Shown piece by piece: positions 30,112 through 39,705 of a stretch of DNA of 57,352 bases (the stretch's first letter is position 1; each line of letters begins with the position of its first letter). Position numbers and translations under genes: made by a program. The DNA comes from an uncultured Bacilli bacterium (lineage in GTDB: Bacteria; Bacillota_I; Bacilli_A; RF39; UBA660), in NCBI GenBank assembly GCA_944358815.1, contig CALVRX010000013.1, forward strand, positions 1 through 57,352, read 5' to 3'. The notes beneath the pieces were generated by a model that saw nothing but the letters and a program-made list of their open reading frames with translations, made no database searches and had not been told where the DNA came from.

Positions 30112-32273
30112 TTAATTAACCTTTCTGCCTCAGTCACTTCTGGAATCATTTTAATATCATTAATTAACTTCATTAACTGTTCCTTATTATTAACAAGCAC
30201 TGTCATTTCAATAGCCTCATCCTCTTTAGAACGATGACTACTAAATTGTCTTACTGGAATATCATTATTAGCTGCCTTAGAAATAATATCGATTAAAGCG
30301 TTATTAAGACCATTTGTTCTAACTAATATATTAGTAGGTAATTTACTACTTTCAGTATTCCACTTAACCTCAATTAAACGTTCGTCAAGTGAAGCTACAT
30401 TAGGGCAAACCATCCTATGGACAGTAATACCATAACCTTTTGTAATATATCCAACAATTCGGTCACCAGGTACCGGATTACAGCAAGAAGCCAAATTAAC
30501 TTTTATATCTGGAATACCCGCAATTGACACTAGACTATTACTCATATTCTGTTTTTGACTACCCTTAGACGCTTTTTCAATAATTTTTTCTTCTTTATTA
30601 ACTTCTTTCTTCAAATAATTATTCATTACAGTATCAATTGATAATTTACCGCTTCCTAAATTACCATAAAGTTCATTTAACGAATTACATTTTAAATCAC
30701 TAAGTAACTTTTTAAATTTTTCATCATCAAAAAACTCATCATTACTTATTTTCTGCCTTCGAAGTTCCTTCGTTAATATTTCTTCTCCCTTTTTATGATT
30801 TTCCTCTTTATTAGCTTTGTTAAAGAAATTCTTGATTTTATTTTTAGCATGTGTTGTCTGTACAAAATTAAGCCACTCTCTACTAGGACCTGCCGAATTA
30901 TTATTAGTAATAATTTTTACAATATCATCACTTTTCAGCTTATAATCAAGCGGTACCATATGTGAATTAACTATTGCCCCAGTAGCTTTATCGCCAACAT
31001 TAGTATGTACCTTATATGCAAAATCGATTGGCGTTGAACCATTAGGTAACTCTATAACATCGCCAAGTGGAGTAAAAACATAAATTGTATTTTGAAACAC
31101 CTCTTTTTTAACAGTATTGACAAACTCTTCAGGATTTTCTTGTTCCCTTTTTAAATCCATTATTGCTCTAAAAAACTGTAACTTTTGTTCCATTTCATTT
31201 TGCATCACAGCCTTAACAGAACCCTTCTCCTTATAAGACCAATGTGAAGCGATACCATACTCTGCCACCTTATCCATCTCATAAGTTCTAATTTGAATTT
31301 CATAAAGCTGTCCATCAACACCAAATACTGTTGTATGTAATGATTGATACATATTAGTCTTAGGCATAGCAATATAATCTTTAAACCTCTTTGGTTTTGG
31401 TCTAAATTTAGAATGAATAATACCTAAAGCCTGATAACAATCTTGCTCAGTATCCACTAAAATACGTAAAGCTAATAAATCGTATATATCACTAAAACGT
31501 TTACCCTTTTCCAACTTTTTATATATACTATAAATACTCTTTGAACGTCCAAAAATTTCATGTTTAATATCATGCTTATTCAAAAGTTCTGAAACACTTT
31601 CAATCATTTTTGCTACACTATTATCTCTCTCAGCCTTCGTCGCATTCAGTTTTTCGACAATATCGTAATATTCATCAGGTTTTAAATAACGTAAACAAAG
31701 CTCTTCCAAATCCTGTTTAATACTACCAATACCAAGCCTATCCGCAATTGGCGTTAAAATATCCAAAGTCTCTCTAGCCGTTGACTTTTGCTTCTTCTCA
31801 CTATGCACAAAAAGCGTCTGCATATTATTAAGCCTATCGGCAAGTTTAATAATAATAACCCTTACATCTTCTGATAAACCAACCAATATCTTCCTTTGAT
31901 TATTAATAAGTGCTTCCGTTGTACCAGACAAATTCAGTTTATTAATCTTTGTCACTCCATCAACTAAAATAGCTATATTATGACCAAACTTCTCTTCTAT
32001 CTCTTGAATTGATACATTACAGTCCTCAACTACATCATGTAAAAGTGCTGCTGATAAAGTCTCATAATCCGCATTTGTCCTTGTTAAAATATATGCTACA
32101 TTTAAAGGATGTATAATATAAGGTTCACCAGTCAATCTCTTTTGATCAAAATGTTTTTCGTAAGCAAACTTATAAGCCTCTTCAATAATAGATAGTTCTT
32201 TTTCATCTGTTATATAAGTTTTAATCTTATCCATTAATTTTTCGATAGTTAAATCCTTTATATGTTTACTCAT
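30108..32273 (-). CDS. rel: Bifunctional (p)ppGpp synthetase/hydrolase
   Basis: HD hydrolase (LHDVVED), RFKDYI, YQSLHT, TGS, CC zinc finger and ACT domains. Confidence 0.97.
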   Translation of the reverse strand: MSKHIKDLTIEKLMDKIKTYITDEKELSIIEEAYKFAYEKHFDQKRLTGEPYIIHPLNVAYILTRTNADYETLSAALLHDVVEDCNVSIQEIEEKFGHNIAILVDGVTKINKLNLSGTTEALINNQRKILVGLSEDVRVIIIKLADRLNNMQTLFVHSEKKQKSTARETLDILTPIADRLGIGSIKQDLEELCLRYLKPDEYYDIVEKLNATKAERDNSVAKMIESVSELLNKHDIKHEIFGRSKSIYSIYKKLEKGKRFSDIYDLLALRILVDTEQDCYQALGIIHSKFRPKPKRFKDYIAMPKTNMYQSLHTTVFGVDGQLYEIQIRTYEMDKVAEYGIASHWSYKEKGSVKAVMQNEMEQKLQFFRAIMDLKREQENPEEFVNTVKKEVFQNTIYVFTPLGDVIELPNGSTPIDFAYKVHTNVGDKATGAIVNSHMVPLDYKLKSDDIVKIITNNNSAGPSREWLNFVQTTHAKNKIKNFFNKANKEENHKKGEEILTKELRRQKISNDEFFDDEKFKKLLSDLKCNSLNELYGNLGSGKLSIDTVMNNYLKKEVNKEEKIIEKASKGSQKQNMSNSLVSIAGIPDIKVNLASCCNPVPGDRIVGYITKGYGITVHRMVCPNVASLDERLIEVKWNTESSKLPTNILVRTNGLNNALIDIISKAANNDIPVRQFSSHRSKEDEAIEMTVLVNNKEQLMKLINDIKMIPEVTEAERLIK

Positions 32274-32285
32274 ATAATCACCTTC

Positions 32286-32558
32286 TTAAAAATCTAAATA
32301 AACTTTTCGGTTTTTTTCATTTATTTTATCTTTAAAATAAGCATCAACTAATACATTATCAGCATTTAAAATATCACTTACCATATCACTAAGCATTAAA
32401 TCATGGCTTTTTCGCCATTTATTTTCTCTTAAATAATTCCAAATATCTTCTGGCTTTAAATACCCATATCCATTAGCTCTTAAATCCGACATCTTCGTAT
32501 TAAGTGCCGGTTTAAGTCTATTATAAAGTTCCTCCAAAGAATTAAAATTCATATCCAT
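32286..32558 (-). CDS. comN: ComN-like post-transcriptional regulator
   Basis: LKPALNTK...GY...DIWNYL...KW...MVSDIL; near spoVB as in Bacillus. Confidence 0.75.
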   Translation of the reverse strand: MDMNFNSLEELYNRLKPALNTKMSDLRANGYGYLKPEDIWNYLRENKWRKSHDLMLSDMVSDILNADNVLVDAYFKDKINEKNRKVYLDF

Positions 32559-32692
32559 AATCTCATCCCCTTATATATAAACATTATATATTAATTTTTT
32601 ATGATTTTAAAGCCTAATCTTTCAAAAGGCAAATATCACTTGCACTATTTTTTAAAAAATGATATTATAAAACTCCAAAAGGAGATGATTTT

Positions 32693-33079
32693 ATGTTTAA
32701 AATAAAAATTAAAAACAATGAAAAGGAAACAAACTACATCGTATATGGCGAACAAGAATTAGCATTAATTGGTAATGTAACTTCTTCAATTGTATCATGC
32801 CCTAACTATTTTGATTTAAAATTAATTCCAACTTCAAAAGAACCAATCATGATAATGACTAATAACGTTCCAATTATTGTTGATGCAGATAACATATTAA
32901 ATACAAACTATTTTACTACCAATATTAATTTTGATCAAACATATCCTCTAGATATAACAGAATATAAAAATCTTCATGATCTATATCTAGAGCAAATGGC
33001 TACTAATCCGACCGAAGAATTTTTAAATCAACAAAACATTAAAGATAATGTTAATTCAGTCTTAGTCAAAAAACATTAA
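32693..33079 (+). CDS. Hypothetical protein (orphan, tail VLVKKH)
   Basis: TTGCAC-17-TATTAT promoter at 32640-32668, AAGGAG RBS, hairpin at 33078-33102. Confidence 0.7.
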   Translation: MFKIKIKNNEKETNYIVYGEQELALIGNVTSSIVSCPNYFDLKLIPTSKEPIMIMTNNVPIIVDADNILNTNYFTTNINFDQTYPLDITEYKNLHDLYLEQMATNPTEEFLNQQNIKDNVNSVLVKKH

Positions 33080-33113
33080 AACTTACCGCACAGTAAGTTT
33101 TTTTCTTTTTTTA

Positions 33114-33142
33114 ATATTTTTTAACTAATCAAAACATATATT
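33114..33142 (+). promoter_or_regulatory. Putative sigma-E promoter directly before the spoVB ATG
   Basis: ATA-18 bp-CATATATT with ATG 5 nt downstream; no Shine-Dalgarno. Confidence 0.45.
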
Positions 33143-33147
33143 CTAAT

Positions 33148-34443
33148 ATGAAAAAAAACATCTTCTTAAAATCAGTAATTTTACTTTTAATCGGCGGCTT
33201 TATCACTAAAATTATTAGTATGTTTATAAAAATAGTTTTAGCTAGATTAATTGGCACCGAAGGCATGGGAATATATATGTTAATATCCCCTACCTTTGTT
33301 ATGCTCATGGCTCTAGCCCAGTTAGGCTTTCCTGTTGCTATAAGTAAATTAGTAGCCGAAGACACCAAAAACAACAAAAATTTAGTTTTTTCCGTCATCC
33401 CTATATCCTTAACCTTAAACATAATAATCATCGGTTTACTTTTCTTAACCGCTGGATATATATCGCATAACCTTTTAAACGAAGACCGCTGTTATTGGGC
33501 AATCATCTGTATCGGTTTTGTTTTACCTTTCATCAGTATTTCCAGTATTTTAAGAGGCTATTTCTTTGGTAAACAAAAAATGCTCCCACATGTCTTATCC
33601 AATGTCACCGAAGACTTAGTAAGATTAATTGCCTTAATTATTGGTATACCCATTTTCCTCAAACTTGGAATCGAATATGCAGTCGCTTTTATCGTTTTAA
33701 CCAACGTCATCAGTGAACTTACTTCTATCTTTGTCCTTTTCTTCTTTATACCTAAAAATTTTAAAATCACTAAAAAAGATTTAAAACCTAATAAAGGTAA
33801 CATTAAAGAAGTTTTCTCCATTGGTATACCTACAACTATGAGCCGAATTATTGGTTCCATCGGCGCCTTTTTTGAACCCATTATTTTAACTTATGGACTC
33901 ATCAAAAGCGGTTATTCAAATAATTTTATCGTCAATGAATATGGTATTTTAAACGGTTATGTCATGCCCCTAATATTACTTCCATCATTCTTTACTGGCG
34001 CCATATCTCAAGCTCTCATTCCAAACATTTCAAAAGCTCATAGCAAAAAACATTTCAAATATGTCTGGACTAAAATCAAACAAGCCATCTTTATATCTTT
34101 ATTAATCGGCATACCAGCTACCCTTATCTTTGAATTAATTCCTACTATTCCCATGAAACTAATCTATAATACTACTGTTGGCATCGATTATATTAAAATA
34201 CTAGCCCCCATTGCTCTTATGCACTATATTCAGTCACCTTTAACTGCCTCACTTCAAGCTATGGGTAAAGCCAAAGAAGCTATGCATGGAACCCTAATTG
34301 GTACTATCATCAGAACCATTACCTTATTTATTCTCTGCTTTACCCACATTGGACTATGGGCTCTTATATGGGCAACTGGCATCAATATCGTCATCGTCAC
34401 CGTCCATCAATATATTCATGTCAAAAAAGCCTTAAAAGTGTAA
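33148..34443 (+). CDS. spoVB: Stage V sporulation protein B-like MOP flippase
   Basis: ARLIGTEGMGIY, LGFPVAISKLVAE, LRGYFFG, LQAMGKA. Confidence 0.85.
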   Translation: MKKNIFLKSVILLLIGGFITKIISMFIKIVLARLIGTEGMGIYMLISPTFVMLMALAQLGFPVAISKLVAEDTKNNKNLVFSVIPISLTLNIIIIGLLFLTAGYISHNLLNEDRCYWAIICIGFVLPFISISSILRGYFFGKQKMLPHVLSNVTEDLVRLIALIIGIPIFLKLGIEYAVAFIVLTNVISELTSIFVLFFFIPKNFKITKKDLKPNKGNIKEVFSIGIPTTMSRIIGSIGAFFEPIILTYGLIKSGYSNNFIVNEYGILNGYVMPLILLPSFFTGAISQALIPNISKAHSKKHFKYVWTKIKQAIFISLLIGIPATLIFELIPTIPMKLIYNTTVGIDYIKILAPIALMHYIQSPLTASLQAMGKAKEAMHGTLIGTIIRTITLFILCFTHIGLWALIWATGINIVIVTVHQYIHVKKALKV

Positions 34444-34459
34444 AAAAGACAATATTCAA

Positions 34460-37400
34460 TTATTGTCTTTTATCTAAACTTTTATAAAACTCAAACCTTT
34501 TAATAGCCGCGTCCTTATTTGCCTTAAGCATTTCTTCTGCATGCTCTGGATTAACCGTTTTAAGCATACTATAACGTGTTTGATTATTTAAAAATTCCTC
34601 ATATAAATCAAAATTAGGATTTGGACTATCTAAAATAAATTCCTCTTTACGTCCATCATACCTAAATATTGGAAAATATCCACATTTAGTAGCTAAAGAC
34701 TCTTCTTCCACTGAACAGCCCATGCCAGCTTTAATACCATGAGATATACAAGGACAGTACGCAATAATAATAGACGGACCATCATGCTTTATCGCTTCAT
34801 CAAACGCCTTAATCGTCTGCATCATATTTGCTCCAAGTGACACTTGTGCCACATAAACATTTGGATAAGCCATCGCAATTCTTGCTAAATCTTTTTTATA
34901 ATTTTTCTTACCATGCGCCGCAAACTGTGCAACCATACCTTCTGGTGTTGCCTTAGACGTCTGACCTCCAGTATTAGAATAAACTTGTGTATCTAAAACT
35001 AAAACATTAATATTATCGCCACTAGAAAGTACATGATCGATACCACCAAAACCTATATCATAAGCCCAGCCATCACCACCGATAGCCCAAACATTCTTAG
35101 CTACAATATAATTTTTAAGTTCCTTTAATCTTGGATACTTTTTATAATCAATCTTTAAAGCAACTTCTTTAGTAATATCATAATCGTTAGAATTCTCTAA
35201 CCATTTTTCAAAAAGATCATTTTTATTTTCTAACATATACTCTCTAACTAAGTTTTTACCATATTCAAAACCATTTAAAATACCATAACCAAACTCAGCA
35301 TTATCCTCAAATAAACTATTTGCCCAAGGAACACTATATGGCGCATTTGGAAGCTCTCCACCATAAATAGATGAACATCCTGTCGCATTAGCAATAACAA
35401 GATTATCACCTGAAAGTTGTGTAAGTAATTTAATATAAGCTGTCTCCCCACAACCAGCGCACGCTCCATGAAAAGCAAACTTTGGTCTTTGCAGTTGACT
35501 CCCCTTAATTGTTTCCTTTTTAAAATTATCTTTAACACTTACATTATCTACTAAATAATCAAATATTTTATCATTTTGACTATCCGTCAATTTCTCAAAT
35601 GCTAAAGCCTTATTTCCTCTTAAACCAGGACAAGTATTTATACAAACACCACATCCCGTACAATTTTTAGCCGATACTCCTATTATGTAATAATAACCAT
35701 TAGCTCCTGTAGCCGGCTTACATCTTTCTTTAACATAATCCGGTGCCTGCTCATACTCATCAGCATTAAGTAAAAATGGACGAATTACACCATGAGGACA
35801 TACTAATGAACACATACTACATTGAATACAATTTTCCTTTATATATTCAGGTACATATTCAGCAATATTCTGCATCTCTGGTTCCATATGGACAAAACTT
35901 CCATCCTCATAACCTTTAAAATCTGAAACTTTTAACTCATTACCTTTTCTATGACTCAAAGCATCATATATATTATTCACTTTAAAATCAAGCATTTCTG
36001 CTTCCGTATCTAAATGAACTCTTCTTAAACTTACATCTCTTAAAGCCTGAATATTATTCAAAGCCACCTCTTTGCTTTTTACCCCAAACTTTTTCATTAC
36101 ATAATCTTCTAATTGTTTACTAGCCACATCTTCTGAAATAAAATCAATCAATTTAAATATTGCCCTCTCCATAATCATACTAATTTTTCTGCCTAAATTA
36201 TGCTTTCTGGCAATTTCATCCGCATCAATTGCATAAACAGTAATATTTTTATCAATTAAAAACTTTTTATATGGTTTTAACACTTTTAATAAACGAATAT
36301 CATCCATAGACGTATTAATCAATAATACACCATTTTCTAATAAATTAGTCACAGCATCAAAAACTGATAAATAAGTATCTTTAGAAATAACCGTTAATTT
36401 TGGATGATGCACAAAATAAGTTGATCTAATTGGTTTATCAGAAAAACGTAAATGACTACATGTTACTCCGCCAGACTTTTTAGAATCATATTCAAAATAA
36501 CCTTGAACATATCTATCTTGACCAGCAATACTAAGTAATGACTTACTACAGCTAACCATACCATCACTACCATAACCATAAATCAAAACTTCTGTAGTAT
36601 TATTTACGGAAATTTCACTATAATCTAAACTTAAATTAGTCACATCATCATCAATACCAATTGTAAACTCATCTTTTGGAGCATCCAACATGTCATAAAC
36701 CGCTTTAATCATGCCCGGTGTCACATCTTTACTAGAAAGACCATAACGTCCATGACAGATAGTTACATTCTTATTTTTTAAACTACTAACTACATCTAAA
36801 TATAAAGGTTCACCCTCACTTCCCGCTTCTTTAGTGCGATCAAGAACTGCAATTTTACATACACTATCAGGTAAAACATCTAATAAAAATTTATCACTAA
36901 AAGGACGATATAAATGAACTTCTACTAAACCAATCTTTTCATCAGTATAATCTATATATTCCTTAATAGTCTCACAAACAGATCCCATAGCTATAATAAC
37001 CTTTTTAGCATCTGCATCACCATAATAATTAAATGGCTTATAACTAGTTCCTGTAAGTGTATTTATCTTATCCATATATTTCTTAACTATATCCGCCGCT
37101 TGATCATAAAACTTATTTCTAGACTCCATCTCTTGAAAATAAATATCGCCATTTTGATTAGTTCCTCTAGTTACCGGAAATTCATTATTTAAAGCCCTTT
37201 TTCTAAACTTTTCTAACTGTTTAAAAGAAATAAGTTTTTTAATATCCTCATCTTCTAATAAATTAATCTTATTAAGTTCATGGCTAGTTCTAAAACCATC
37301 GAAAAAATGTAAAAATGGAAGCATTGCCTCAATACTCGCCAAATGACTGACCAAAGCCAAATCATAGGCCTCCTGCACCGAAGAAGAAGCTAAAATACAA

Positions 37401-37807
37401 AATCCAGTTCCTCTAACAGCATATATATCTTGATGATCACCAAAAATACTAAGTGCATGCGTAGCCAAAGAACGAGCCGCCACATGTATAACCCCAGGTA
37501 ACATCTCACCAGCTATTTTATACATATTAGGAATCATTAAAAGTAATCCCTGACTTGCCGTATAAGTTGAAGCTAAAATTCCAGATTGTAAAACACCATG
37601 TACCATTCCTATAGCCCCAGCTTCACTTTGCATCTCAATAACCTTTGGTACTGCCCCAAATATATTTTTCCTTCCTTCTGCTGCCCACTTATCAATTAAC
37701 TCTGGCATTGGACTAGAAGGTGTAATCGGATAAATTCCAAGCACTTCACTAAATAAATAGGAAGCATGTACACATGCTTCATTACCATCACAAATTATCT
37801 GTCGCAT
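34460..37807 (-). CDS. nifJ: Pyruvate:ferredoxin (flavodoxin) oxidoreductase
   Basis: YPITPS, MQSEAGA, two CxxCxxCxxxCP motifs, GACAGCGE, GGDGWAYDIG, YSNTGGQ. Confidence 0.96.
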   Translation of the reverse strand: MRQIICDGNEACVHASYLFSEVLGIYPITPSSPMPELIDKWAAEGRKNIFGAVPKVIEMQSEAGAIGMVHGVLQSGILASTYTASQGLLLMIPNMYKIAGEMLPGVIHVAARSLATHALSIFGDHQDIYAVRGTGFCILASSSVQEAYDLALVSHLASIEAMLPFLHFFDGFRTSHELNKINLLEDEDIKKLISFKQLEKFRKRALNNEFPVTRGTNQNGDIYFQEMESRNKFYDQAADIVKKYMDKINTLTGTSYKPFNYYGDADAKKVIIAMGSVCETIKEYIDYTDEKIGLVEVHLYRPFSDKFLLDVLPDSVCKIAVLDRTKEAGSEGEPLYLDVVSSLKNKNVTICHGRYGLSSKDVTPGMIKAVYDMLDAPKDEFTIGIDDDVTNLSLDYSEISVNNTTEVLIYGYGSDGMVSCSKSLLSIAGQDRYVQGYFEYDSKKSGGVTCSHLRFSDKPIRSTYFVHHPKLTVISKDTYLSVFDAVTNLLENGVLLINTSMDDIRLLKVLKPYKKFLIDKNITVYAIDADEIARKHNLGRKISMIMERAIFKLIDFISEDVASKQLEDYVMKKFGVKSKEVALNNIQALRDVSLRRVHLDTEAEMLDFKVNNIYDALSHRKGNELKVSDFKGYEDGSFVHMEPEMQNIAEYVPEYIKENCIQCSMCSLVCPHGVIRPFLLNADEYEQAPDYVKERCKPATGANGYYYIIGVSAKNCTGCGVCINTCPGLRGNKALAFEKLTDSQNDKIFDYLVDNVSVKDNFKKETIKGSQLQRPKFAFHGACAGCGETAYIKLLTQLSGDNLVIANATGCSSIYGGELPNAPYSVPWANSLFEDNAEFGYGILNGFEYGKNLVREYMLENKNDLFEKWLENSNDYDITKEVALKIDYKKYPRLKELKNYIVAKNVWAIGGDGWAYDIGFGGIDHVLSSGDNINVLVLDTQVYSNTGGQTSKATPEGMVAQFAAHGKKNYKKDLARIAMAYPNVYVAQVSLGANMMQTIKAFDEAIKHDGPSIIIAYCPCISHGIKAGMGCSVEEESLATKCGYFPIFRYDGRKEEFILDSPNPNFDLYEEFLNNQTRYSMLKTVNPEHAEEMLKANKDAAIKRFEFYKSLDKRQ

Positions 37808-37819
37808 CTACTTTCCCCC

Positions 37820-38866
37820 TTATTTATGACAATCCTCATCAGCATTTCCAAACTCTAAATCATAGTCAAAACTATTACCATTTTGTGTAGTAATAACGAC
37901 ATTAACTCCACCAGTTGATTCAGAATATGGTTTATCAGTCATCGGATTCTCTAAATTTTTATCGATATAACCACCATTAAAAGTTAAACCATTAACTGTA
38001 CCGCCATTTTGTAAAACCGTCAAATTTATTCTTGTTGTCCCACCAGCTGAAGGCAATAAACTTGGATAATCAGTAGTCAGCATCTTAGCACCTTCAATTA
38101 TATTTTTCTTTTGAACTAAACAGCTATCATATCTGCTTTCTTTTAAATTACTATCCACTGCTGTTACTGCCACTAAACCTAAAATACTCAAAATTACAAT
38201 AACTCCAAGTAACTCGGCTAAAGTAAAACCATTACGTAATGCCTTTTTTAATTTATAAACTTGACTTTGATAATTATCGCTTCCTGTAATAAAAGAACCA
38301 ACTACCGCAATATCCGCATCTCTCACTAATCTTATTGTATTATCATTAATACCACCATCTACTTCTATTAAATAAGCACTATTATTTTCCTTACGATAAC
38401 TTACTAAACTACCAATCTTATCAGCTACATCGATAAAACTCTGTCCACCAGCACCAGGTGTCACACTCATAACTAAAACTAAATCAACATCAGATAAATA
38501 AGGATATAATTTTTCTAAAGTCGTTTCTGGATTAATTGCCACTCCAGCCTTAATTCCCTTGTCATGAATATAATTTATTACCTTTAATATATCATCACAA
38601 GCCTCTAAATGAAACGTAATATAGTTAGGATTTAAAGCTGCCACTTCATCTATATATTCTTTTAAATCATTAACCATTAAATGCACATCAAAAGGTTTTT
38701 TCAAAGATAAAATACTATCCTTCATTTTTTCTAAAGGCAAAGTTGCCTTTTCCGTAAATTTACCATCCATTACATCAACGTGAATTACATCACAAACTTT
38801 ATCTAACTCTCTAATCTTCTCTCCATCGTTTTGAATTTTTAAAAAAGAACCAGCAATCTTAACCAT
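37820..38866 (-). CDS. rpe: Ribulose-phosphate 3-epimerase fused in frame to a type IV pilin
   Basis: aa 1-213 Rpe (HVDVMDG, DVHLMV, MSVTPGAGGQ, EVDGGI, VGS); aa 214-348 start FTLAELLGVIVILSILGLVAV after KKALRNG. Confidence 0.9.
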   Translation of the reverse strand: MVKIAGSFLKIQNDGEKIRELDKVCDVIHVDVMDGKFTEKATLPLEKMKDSILSLKKPFDVHLMVNDLKEYIDEVAALNPNYITFHLEACDDILKVINYIHDKGIKAGVAINPETTLEKLYPYLSDVDLVLVMSVTPGAGGQSFIDVADKIGSLVSYRKENNSAYLIEVDGGINDNTIRLVRDADIAVVGSFITGSDNYQSQVYKLKKALRNGFTLAELLGVIVILSILGLVAVTAVDSNLKESRYDSCLVQKKNIIEGAKMLTTDYPSLLPSAGGTTRINLTVLQNGGTVNGLTFNGGYIDKNLENPMTDKPYSESTGGVNVVITTQNGNSFDYDLEFGNADEDCHK

Positions 38867-38877
38867 CCATAATCACC

Positions 38878-39705
38878 TCATTTTAAGAAATTTATATAAT
38901 TATCATATCTACTTTTTAAAATAGTCCCATCCATCACTTTTTCTTTAACCTTACAATCCTTCTCATGGATGTGAAAACAATCTCTAAACTTACATCCATC
39001 TCTATATAAATTAAACTCCACAAAATTATCTCTTATATCTTCTCGGCTCATACCATTAAACTCTAAAGCCGAAAATCCCGGAGTATCAGCGACTAGACCA
39101 CCACACATTTCTATTAGTTCTGTATGTCTAGTAGTATGTTTTCCTCTATTTAAAGCTAATGAAATTTCTCCAGTTTTTAAATGTAAATCCGGTTTTATCT
39201 TGTTAAGTAGTGTTGACTTACCAGCTCCGCTTTGACCTGTAAAAACGCATACTTTACAAGGAAAAATCTTCTTTATTGCCAAAATATCATCGTTCATATA
39301 AACAACATAACCAATTTTTTTATAATATTCTATTATTGGTTTTATATTGTTTAACTCTTCTACACTTAGTAAATCAGCTTTAGTAAACACAATTACCGGT
39401 TTAACCTTATTATACTCACAAATAACTAAAAATTTATCTAAAAGATTAGCCGAAAAATCAGGCCTTTTTAAACTAGTAATAATTACTGCAATATCGACAT
39501 TAGCAATTACCGGTCTACGAAGTTCATTCCTCCTAGGTAAAATCTCTAAAATATATTTATCTTTTTCATCAAAAATCACTTCATCACCAACAATTGGTGA
39601 AAGGCCTAATTTTCTAAACTTTCCTCTAGCCTTACAGATAAACATTCCATCACTGCATTTTACTGTATAATCATTGCTTATTTGTTTAACAATCTTTCCC
39701 TGCAT
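38878..39705 (-). CDS. rsgA: Ribosome small-subunit-dependent GTPase A
   Basis: TKAD, GQSGAGKS, GKHTT, DTPGF, CxFxDCxHxxExxC. Confidence 0.95.
   Translation of the reverse strand: MQGKIVKQISNDYTVKCSDGMFICKARGKFRKLGLSPIVGDEVIFDEKDKYILEILPRRNELRRPVIANVDIAVIITSLKRPDFSANLLDKFLVICEYNKVKPVIVFTKADLLSVEELNNIKPIIEYYKKIGYVVYMNDDILAIKKIFPCKVCVFTGQSGAGKSTLLNKIKPDLHLKTGEISLALNRGKHTTRHTELIEMCGGLVADTPGFSALEFNGMSREDIRDNFVEFNLYRDGCKFRDCFHIHEKDCKVKEKVMDGTILKSRYDNYINFLK

Noticed and set aside
33148-34443. C-rich codon usage of spoVB and other plus-strand genes as a sign of horizontal transfer
   Set aside because: Explained by strand compositional skew, which is shared by plus-strand genes in this window.
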